Shown here: piece after piece, positions 53,885 to 64,000 of the stretch | Numbering within the stretch: the first letter of the stretch is position 1 | Layout: each line of letters starts with the position of its first letter | Source: Eledone cirrhosa | Lineage: Eukaryota | Direction: 5' to 3' | Length of the DNA: 64,000 nucleotides | Assembly: GCA_964016885.1 (NCBI GenBank) | Contig: OZ024762.1 | Coordinates: 17,608,001 to 17,672,000 of the forward strand | Translations under genes and position numbers: made by a program | Notes under the pieces: generated by a model | Databases searched by the model: none | Told to the model about the DNA's origin: nothing | Seen by the model: the letters and a program-made list of their open reading frames with translations, nothing else

Positions 53885-54510
53885 TATGATGGCTGCCCCT
53901 CGTTATCGAGTATGGCCATTGCACGATATACCATTATTAATAATTATTAATTAATTCTATCGTGCAATGCCTGTGCATGAAGATATTTTTTGTGAGGAAA
54001 GACTGTGCACAGAGCCAATCCCACTCTCTGAGAGACAGTAGCTATAACCCGAAAAGAAGAAAATATCAACATCATCGGTAACTACTGAGCTGAAGGTTTT
54101 ATGTTGAGGTTATCCCAGTTTCCTGAGTTGCCTTCTCCTAGAAGAATGCCCTGACAAAGGCTAGGGGTCCTTCACTCCCAGAGATTTAACCGCACGATCG
54201 GGTGTCCAGCCCGACTATTTCTATGTCCCCGCGCATATACATACACATGCACCCATGTATATACACATATACATATACATACATATGTACATGTGTATAT
54301 ACATGTTTACACACTTTTGGATGGCCGTTTACCCTTATGAGTTCTTCCGCCCTTTGTCAGGTTTTGTTTTTTGTCATGCAGGGTGTCCAAAATCACCCTC
54401 CTCACCAAGTAAACTTGGTGGGGTTGCCGGTTTAGTCGCCGACGACCCGACCATCCGACAGGTTGTACTGGGTTACATGTTACCAGTAGCACTCAAGAGT
54501 GACCCGACAT
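53885..54510 (+). repeat. Dispersed repeat shared with 42030-42510 (possible LINE 5' region)
   Basis: Shared CAGGTTGTACTGGGTTACAT, ATGRTGGCTGCC...CGAGTAYGGCCA and GCACARAGCCARTCCCACTCTCT blocks. Confidence 0.55.
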
Positions 54511-54702
54511 AATATATATATATACATATATACATACATATATATACATATATACATACATATATATATATATACATACATATATATACATATATACATA
54601 CATACATATATACATACATACATATATACATACATACATATACATATATACATACATACATACATACATACATACATACATACGTACGTACGTACGTATG
54701 TA

Positions 54703-54755
<53 letters not shown>

Positions 54756-55420
54756 ATTGTTATATTTGGGGAGGGTCGTATTGTTATGATATTGCCAGAA
54801 ATGATAATAAAACACACTCACTGTTTGGTTTTGGTTGGTTTTCGCCTCATTATATTTTATATCCCTATAGTTAATTTAGCTGGCAACCAATGTTTATTGA
54901 TTGACCAACAGTCAAAAATATAGATATGAATATATATATATATATAAATAACCAAATGTTAATAAGGTTCATTGATTACTCAATGAATATAGTTTTACAA
55001 TAGATTAAAAGCACTCAACAAGTAAGTTTTCTGGAGTTATTAATATTATTCAAAATATTAATAAATGGAGACATTCACATAATCGAAATATATATATCAA
55101 AACAATGTTCAAATGTATACACTTCGGTCTCCCCATCCTTTCTATCTAGTTCCCCTCTTTCTCCTCTCTCTATCTATTTCCCTCTTTCTGTCACCTCTGT
55201 CTATCTAGTTCCCCCTCTCTATCACCTCTCTCTATCTAGTTCCCTCCTCTCTCTCTCTCCCAACTATTTATCTTCTGAGAGATACATTGAGTTCAATTAG
55301 GCGATAATTTTCTCTCGATAGGTTTTAACAGAGTTGGATAATCTTCACTTGATCGCTTAATTGTCTTGGTGAATTTTCCAGTTCATATGATAAAATGGCT
55401 GGAAAGATCGATCCACCTAC

Positions 55421-55486
<66 letters not shown>

Positions 55487-55937
55487 GGGTGCAGACAGGC
55501 AGAGGAAATATAGAACACGGAATACGTTCGGTGCTTTTGATGGAAGCTCTCGGGAGATGGAACTGTCTCGTAAGATCCAACTGAATGAATGAAAACCAGT
55601 GTAAACCAGCGTAAACCAGCGTAAACCAGTGTAACTTAGTGTACACTAGCCAATGTTTAGGAAGTCAACCAATGGAATGTATGAATTGAAGAGTTATCAG
55701 AAAAGACTGGGTTGTTTGTAGCCAGTCTGGCAATATAGAAATATTTCTTTTGTTTGTTTCTGTGCAGTTGTTGTTGTTGTTGTTGTTGTTGTTGATGATG
55801 ATATTGTTGTTACTGTTGTTGTCTAGTCTCAGGTGTGTGTCTCGATACTGTAGACCAACTGTTGATGATCAAAGATCTTCCATACAACACCATGTCGTCT
55901 TTTCTTAATTTCATTTTCAGTCAGACAATAAAAGTTC

Positions 55938-56145
55938 GGTGGATCGACAGAATCGGTAGAGTGTCGGAGAAAATGTGTAGCAGTATTTGTTCCAGTCCTT
56001 TACGTTTTAAGTTCAAACCCCACCCAAAGTCAACATTGCTTTTCATGCCTTCAGGGGTCGATAAAATAAAGTATCAGTCAAGTACTGGGATCCATACAAT
56101 TAACTTACCCTTTCTAAATTTGCTGGTCTTGCGCCTAAACTAGAA
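55938..56145 (+). mobile_element. tRNA-SINE copy
   Basis: AATCGGTAGAG...AAGTTCAAACCC...GGGGTCGATAAAATAAAGTA. Confidence 0.7.
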
Positions 56146-56279
56146 ATCCTTATTATACAGACATACAGGACGGAGGATTGGCAAATTCGGTAGAGCATCC
56201 AACAAAATGCTTTGCGGCAATTAGTTACGGTCCTGTACGTCCTGATTTTAAATCTCGGCATGGTCGTTTGTATATCTCG

Positions 56280-56940
56280 GTCACAAACTATCATCAAACA
56301 ACAATGGAATGGTTGCTTCCGTATTCAACAAGAACAAGGAAGTACTATCATCAAAACGAGTTTCCTATCATTTGAAGGCTAAGATCTTTGATTCTTACAT
56401 CCTACCAGTTGTGTTATATGGTCTTGACTGTGTTAATTGGACGACAAGGTCACTTCGGAAACTCTCTACATTCCAGAACCACATCATGAGACTTATGACT
56501 GGCAAGTGACTCAGCGACCGTATCTGTATCAGTGAGCTGGTGTTGACTGTGTTAATTGGACGACAAGGTCACTTCAGAAACTCTCTACATTCCAGAATCA
56601 CATCATGAGACTTATGACTAGCAAGCGGCTCAGCAACCGTATCTGTATCAGTGAGCTGCTCAACATTACCAAACTTAGACCAATTACATCAATTGTCAAG
56701 TCAAGAGTACTCAAACTATACGGCCATATAAAAAGATCAACTCGTGGTGTGAGTAGGTTATGCCTGGAAGGAAGGTTGGCTGGAAAGAGAAGCAGTGGCT
56801 GGCAGCCGAAACGATGGCTTGATAATGTCAACTTATGGACTGGACTTGATCTTTGCTCTTTGAACTCTGCTGCTGGTGATCGAACTTTGTGGAGAGAGAT
56901 ATCTCATGTTGATGTGCAGTCTACAACTGGCGGAGTTTAG
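56280..56940 (+). mobile_element. LINE 3' fragment with an internal ~120-bp duplication
   Basis: ILPVVLYGLDC...LKLYGHIKR...LEGRLAGKRSSGWQPKRWLDNV. Confidence 0.75.
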
Positions 56941-57414
56941 CGTCACAAGAAAAGGAAGATGGTCGTTAGCTTTGTCTTTCATCCTCGCGAGGTCGATAAA
57001 ATAAAGTACCAGTAATGCACTGGGTAATTGCTGGCCTTGTGCCAAAAGTAGAAACAATTATTATTATCTTCACGTTCTGAGTTCAAATCTCGGCATAGTC
57101 GTTAGCTTAGCCTTTCATTCTATTGGGGGTAGATTTAATCGACTCTCCCTCCCCGCTAAAACTATTCTGACCCCTCCAAAAAATCAAAGGGTACTGAAGA
57201 GCGTCGTATGCTCTGTGTTCTGTGTGTCTGCAATTCTTCGTAATTGGCCAGATCTCTCCTGTACAAGGATGTCTCTGGATTTATGTTGTTCATTGACCAT
57301 CAGTACGTCTTCCCGTGGTTTATATTAACGTCTTTTATGTTCTTTTGCTGGTTTTTTATCAGGTCTAATAGTAATTTTATACATGGGGTTTGCCTTTTTT
57401 TTTCTGTGGAAAAT

Positions 57415-57715
57415 TTGAATACTCATATGTAATGATGGTTTTCATGAAGCAAATTTTGCAGACTGCTAATAACTTGTAGCCGAAGACCACCGGAAATATT
57501 TCTGCACCGTTGAGTAGCTTCTTCTTCGTTGTTGCCAAAAAAAGTAAACTCGAAGGAATTTTGGTTCTTCATTAGGCTGGGGGAGTAAACTGCCAATTAA
57601 ATGGTAACATTGTCCTTGGATTTTAAATGGTATGAAATAACCATAGTCAGTATGATCTTTTCCAGCTCCAAAGGACGTCATCTGAAATGCAGCATTATAC
57701 CGCATAACATTGCTT
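57415..57715 (-). mobile_element. Helitron Rep/helicase fragment
   Basis: RYNAAFQMTSFG...FKIQGQCYHLIGSLLP...PKFL.VYF matches the Helitron Rep N-terminal motif; frameshifted. Confidence 0.8.
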
Positions 57716-58371
57716 CTGAAGTGTTAAGCTTCGTTAGTATGGGTTGTAAGCAGTATACGAATAACAGGTGGACTGTAAGTAGTATATGGATAAAAGCTGG
57801 ACGGTAGATTAATTTCAAATAGTATAAGTTTTTCTTAGTTCTGTAAAATCAAACACTGTAAAACGAATTTATAAAAGCTAATGCAATATTGTTAAACATT
57901 CCTGTAGATCAAAGGATCTATAGTTTAAGCCGTTTCTAGACATTTATGGAACGTTACTATCTCTCTCTCTGAATATCTAACATTTTAATTGTATCTGTTT
58001 GTATAACGGCCTATCTCTCTCTTCCAGCCTCCCCCTCCGTGTGTCTCTCTCTTTAGATGTGTGTGTATGTACTTGTGTGCTTCAACCAGCCAACCAACCA
58101 GCTAACCATGAAACATCTCTCTTTTATATTATATATAGATATCTATTTCAATACAAACTAAGCTATATCAGATTCTCTATTAATATACTAACCGTGACAC
58201 TAAAACTTTCCTGTTATTATTATTAAACATTTCAAATTGTTTCCGTTTTCGTTTCGTTTCGCGTTCTTCGTTGATGAGATAAGAAAACCTTAGACGTTGC
58301 AGACAGGACTAACCCTCCCCCCCAACACACACACACACACACACACAATCATGCGCGACCTCTTTTGTGCA

Positions 58372-58408
<37 letters not shown>

Positions 58409-58499
58409 GATATTAACAAATGGAAACTATATTTATTTCATTAGTTCTTACGTATTAAAGGTAGTTTGGCTCAAGTTATTGGAAATGAAAACTTATATT

Positions 58500-58968
58500 A
58501 GGTCGCCAAGTATGAAATTTGTAGAAAACAAAACAAATTTCTAGAAATTTAATATTTGACGACACAATATGAAATTTGTAGAAATTTGTAGATAACAAAA
58601 CAAATTTCTACAAATTTAATACTTGACGACACAATATGAAATTTGTAGAAATTTGTAGAAAACAAAACAAATGTCTACAAATTTAATACTTGACGACACA
58701 ATATGAAATTTGTAGAAATTTGTAGCAAACAAAACAAATTTCTACAAATTTAATACTTGACGACACAATATGAAATTTGTAGAAATTTGTAGAAAACAAA
58801 ACAAATTTCTACAAATTTAATACTTGACGACACAATATGAAATTTGTAGAAATTTGTAGAAAACAAAACAAATTTCTACAAATTTAATACTTGACGACAC
58901 AATATGAAATTTGTAGAAATTTGTAGAAAACAAAACAAATTTCTACAAATTTAATACTTGACGACGCA
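58500..58968. repeat. 67-bp tandem repeat (~7 copies) with an internal hairpin
   Basis: AAATTTGTAGAAA...TTTCTACAAATTT within each unit. Confidence 0.92.
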
Positions 58969-60183
58969 ATACATACATACAGGTATTAAATTGAAAAACA
59001 CTAACTAACCTAAAATTAAAAAGCCGAGCTGAGGACACAATAAATTGCTATGGCCATCTGGTGACTCCTCCCGACCACTGTAGGGGGCCCGGGGAAATAT
59101 CCCTCTTTGCTCTCCATTAAATCTGGCCCTCCATACACACATATGCAAACATACAAATGCACACAAGCACATATACATACACAGACACATACACTTCGTA
59201 CATGCACACACACACACACACACACACACACAAGAACACACACACGTACACACACACACACACAAGCACACACAACACATCTTAGCTATGTAACCGGATG
59301 TAACCGGCCACCGGACAGTCGATCTTGTTATACAATAACATTAACTCACACATACACACACACACACACAGATACACACATACACACAGAGATGCACACA
59401 CACATAGATGCACACACACACACACAGATACACACACACAGATGCACACACACAGATACACACACGCACACACACACTCCCAGATGCACACACACAGATA
59501 CATACACACGCACACACATATATACACACAACACATCTTAGCTATGTAACCGGCCACCAGACAGTCGATCTGATTATACAATAACATTCACGCGCGCGCG
59601 CACACACACACACATAGATACACAGATATACACACACATACACAGATATACATACACCACACACACATATATACATATACACACAGAACAGCTATGTAGC
59701 CGCTCAACAGACAGACGATCTTATACAATAACACTCACACACCACACACACAGCAACACTGCTATGTAGCCGGTCAACAACACAGCTATATAGCCGGTCA
59801 ACAACACAGCTATGTAGCCGCTCAACAGACCATCTTATACAATAACAAATTAGACAAACATGGAAGAAGTAATTTCCTGTTATTAGCTGTAAAAACAAAC
59901 CCTGAATATATTGTGTGTATGTATGTGTGTATGTATGTGTGTATCTGTGTATGTGTGTATGTATGTGTGTATGTGTGTATGTGTGTATGTATGTATGTAT
60001 GTATGTATGTATGTATGTATGAAAATGTAACCCCGACGGCAGAGCTGGAGTCCAGAAATAGCCGTCGAAACGGCTTGAGCTCTGCCGTCGGCGTCATACA
60101 TTTTCCTATTACCCACTCTACTACCCTAAGTATTGAGTACTCTGGTGTGTTATGGTCCATCTGGTTCCTTACCACCTCCTTCG

Positions 60184-60251
<68 letters not shown>

Positions 60252-60431
60252 GATATATTAACAAATGGAAGCTATATTTATAAAACCATATTTATTTCAT
60301 TATACATATTTCAAGGGCCACCAAGGCAGATTATGGGGCGCTTTCATCAGATAAAATACAATACAGATTAGTTTTATAAATAAATATTGACATACCCTGA
60401 AAAAATGCAACTTTAACGGTTGGAGCTTCCT

Positions 60432-60493
<62 letters not shown>

Positions 60494-60523
60494 AGATCAA
60501 AAGATGGTTAAATGAGTTCCATG

Positions 60524-60594
60524 TATTTTATTATGCGCATTTCAAAAACAAATATCATCATGCAATAACATTTGTGTTTTCATCAGATAAAATA
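60524..60594 (-). ncRNA. Canonical type I hammerhead ribozyme
   Basis: TATTTTAT-CTGATGA-[long stem II, loop GCAT]-GAAA-TGCGCA-TA-ATAAAATA: 8-bp stem I, palindromic stem III, AUA triplet. It overlaps one arm of a fold-back element (60483-60548 / 60656-60722). Confidence 0.8.
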
Positions 60595-60803
60595 GGAGGA
60601 CATGATATGAAGGTTAAAAACACTTGTGGATAGTGCAGTTTTAAATCAACATATCATTTTTGAAATGCGCATAATAAAATACATGGAACTCATTTAACCA
60701 TCTTTTGATCTTATATATTATGTATACTCCAGTCCTACAAACTGTAGAGTGCTTCTTATCCGATATCTGCATTGCTTTATTGTACTACAATAAAACTCAC
60801 CTC

Positions 60804-60914
<111 letters not shown>

Positions 60915-61031
60915 GGTGTGTATATATACATCTCTCTCTCTATATATATATAATGGTGACAAATTAAGCATAAAAAAGTATCTATAAATATTGGTGTGTT
61001 GAATATCTTCATAACATAAACAACTCCAGTA

Positions 61032-63962
61032 ACAACAGAGAGAAAGCCAAGGGACCCTCCTACACACAACAGAGAGAAAGCCAAGGGACCCTCCTACACA
61101 CAACAGAGAGAAAGCCAAGGGACCCTCCTACACACAACAGAGAGAAAGCCAAGGGACCCTCCTACACACAACAGAGAGAAAGCCAAGGGACCCTCCTACA
61201 CACAACAGAGAGAAAGCCAAGAGACCCTCCTACACACAACAGAGAGAAAGCCAAGGGACCCTCCTACACACAACAGAGAGAAAGCCAAGGGACCCTCCTA
61301 CACACAACAGAGAGAAAGCCAAGAGACCCTCCTACACACAACAGAGAGAAAGCCAAGGGACCCTCCTACACACAACAGAGAGAAAGCCAAGAGACCCTCC
61401 TACACACAACAGAGAGAAAGCCAAGGGTCCCTCCTACACACAACAGAGAGAAAGCCAAGAGACCCTCCTACACACAACAGAGAGAAAGCCAAGGGTCCCT
61501 CCTACACACAACAGAGAGAAAGCCAAGGGACCCTCCTACACACAACAGAGAGAAAGCCAAGAGACCCTCCTACACACAACAGAGAGAAAGCCAAGAGACC
61601 CTCCTACACACAACAGAGAGAAAGCCAAGAGACCCTCCTACACACAACAGAGAGAAAGCCAAGGGACCCTCCTACACACAACAGAGAGAAAGCCAAGAGA
61701 CCCTCCTACACACAACAGAGAGAAAGCCAAGGGACCCTCCTACACACAACAGAGAGAAAGCCAAGAGACCCTCCTACACACAACAGAGAGAAAGCCAAGG
61801 GACCCTCCTACACACAACAGAGAGAAAGCCAAGAGACCCTCCTACACACAACAGAGAGAAAGCCAAGGGACCCTCCTACACACAACAGAGAGAAAGCCAA
61901 GGGACCCTCCTACACACAACAGAGAGAAAGCCAAGAGACCCTCCTACACACAACAGAGAGAAAGCCAAGAGACCCTCCTACACACAACAGAGAGAAAGCT
62001 AAGAGACCCTCCTACACACAACAGAGAGAAAGCCAAGAGACCCTCCTACACACAACAGAGAGAAAGCCAAGGGTCCCTCCTACACACAACAGAGAGAAAG
62101 CCAAGGGTCCCTCCTACACACAACAGAGAGAAAGCCAAGGGACCCTCCTACACACAACAGAGAGAAAGCCAAGGGACCCTCCTACACACAACAGAGAGAA
62201 AGCCAAGAGACCCTCCTACACACAACAGAGAGAAAGCCAAGGGACCCTCCTACACACAACAGAGAGAAAGCCAAGAGACCCTCCTACACACAACAGAGAG
62301 AAAGCCAAGGGTCCCTCCTACACACAACAGGGAGAAAGCCAAGAGACCCTCCTACACATAACAGAGAGAAAGCCAAGTGACCCTCCTACATACAACAGAG
62401 AGAAAGCCAAGGGACCCTCCTACACACAACAGAGAGAAAGCCAAGAGACCCTCCTACACACAACAGAGAGAAAGCCAAGGGACCCTCCTACACACAACAG
62501 AGAGAAAGCCAACGGACCCTCCTACACACAACAAAGAGAAAGCCAAGGGTCCCTCCTACACACAACAGAGAGAAAGCCAACGGACCCTCCTACACACAAC
62601 AGAGAGAAAGCCAACGGACCCTCCTACACACAACAAAGAGAAAGCCAAGAGACCCTCCTACACACAACAGAGAGAAAGCCAAGGGACCCTCCTACACACA
62701 ACAGAGAGAAAGCCAAGGGTCCCTCCTACACACAACAGAGAGAAAGCCAAGGGTCCCTCCTACACACAACAGAGAGAAAGCCAAGGGACCCTCCTACACA
62801 CAACAGAGAGAAAGCCAAGGGACCCTCCTACACACAACAGAGAGAAAGCCAAGAGACCCTCCTACACACAACAGAGAGAAAGCCAAGGGACCCTCCTACA
62901 CACAACAGAGAGAAAGCCAACGGACCCTCCTACACACAACAAAGAGAAAGCCAAGGGTCCCTCCTACACACAACAGAGAGAAAGCCAACGGACCCTCCTA
63001 CACACAACAGAGAGAAAGCCAACGGACCCTCCTACACACAACAAAGAGAAAGCCAAGAGACCCTCCTACACACAACAGAGAGAAAGCCAAGGGACCCTCC
63101 TACACACAACAGAGAGAAAGCCAAGGGTCCCTCCTACACACAACAGAGAGAAAGCCAAGGGTCCCTCCTACACACAACAGAGAGAAAGCCAAGGGACCCT
63201 CCTACACACAACAGAGAGAAAGCCAAGGGACCCTCCTACACACAACAGAGAGAAAGCCAAGGGACCCTCCTACACACAACAGAGAGAAAGCCAACGGACC
63301 CTCCTACACACAACAGAGAGAAAGCCAAGGGACCCTCCTACACACAACAGAGAGAAAGCCAACGGACCCTCCTACACACAACAGAGAGAAAGCCAAGGGA
63401 CCCTCCTACACACAACAGAGAGAAAGCCAAGGGACCCTCCTACACACAACAGAGAGAAAGCCAACGGACCCTCCTACACACAACAGAGAGAAAGCCAAGG
63501 GACCCTCCTACACACAACAGAGAGAAAGCCAACGGACCCTCCTACACACAACAGAGAGAAAGCCAAGGGACCCTCCTACACACAACAGAGAGAAAGCCAA
63601 GGGACCCTCCTACACACAACAGAGAGAAAGCCAACGGACCCTCCTACACACAACAGAGAGAAAGCCAACGGACCCTCCTACACACAACAGAGAGAAAGCC
63701 AAGGGACCCTCCTACACACAACAGAGAGAAAGCCAACGGACCCTCCTACATACAACAGAGAGAAAGCCAAGAGACCCTCCTACACACAACAGAGAGAAAG
63801 CCAAGGGACCCTCCTAGACACAACAGAGAGAAAGCCAAGGGACCCTCTACACACAACAGAGAGAAAGCCAAGGGACCCTCCTAGACACAACAGAGAGAAA
63901 GCCAAGGGACCCTCTACACACAACAGAGAGAAAGCCAAGGGACCCTCCTACACACAACAGAG
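61032..63962. repeat. 34-bp minisatellite, ~86 copies
   Basis: Unit ACAACAGAGAGAAAGCCAAG(G/A)GACCCTCCTACAC. Confidence 0.97.
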
Positions 63963-64000
63963 TTTTAAAAATATTTTTACACTATTGGCAGTATCAGTAG

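Overview
Repeat-rich, AT-rich eukaryotic DNA. The SINE/RTE/(TA)n landscape suggests an octopod cephalopod (inference). Nearly all long ORFs in the track are microsatellite or satellite artefacts. Two spliced genes were reconstructed by hand on the minus strand with consistent GT-AG phases: RNA polymerase III subunit RPC7 (POLR3G/GL; 5 coding exons, 40900->27224, 208 aa) and a secreted Spaetzle/neurotrophin-like cystine-knot precursor (4 coding exons, 52793->42994, 203 aa). The window also holds a nearly complete RTE LINE with a PHD finger and a 56-bp TSD, many LINE/SINE/mariner/pogo/Helitron/LTR remnants and several satellites. Most notable: (1) two paralogous copies of an unrecognised ~160-170 nt structured, probably Pol III RNA gene (5832-6002 and 7558-7716) with compensatory stem changes, a TATA box, a T-run terminator and a shared inverted upstream motif, with a possible third copy in the gap; (2) several families of fold-back elements in (TA)n tracts that carry type I hammerhead ribozyme motifs (Penelope/retrozyme-like).
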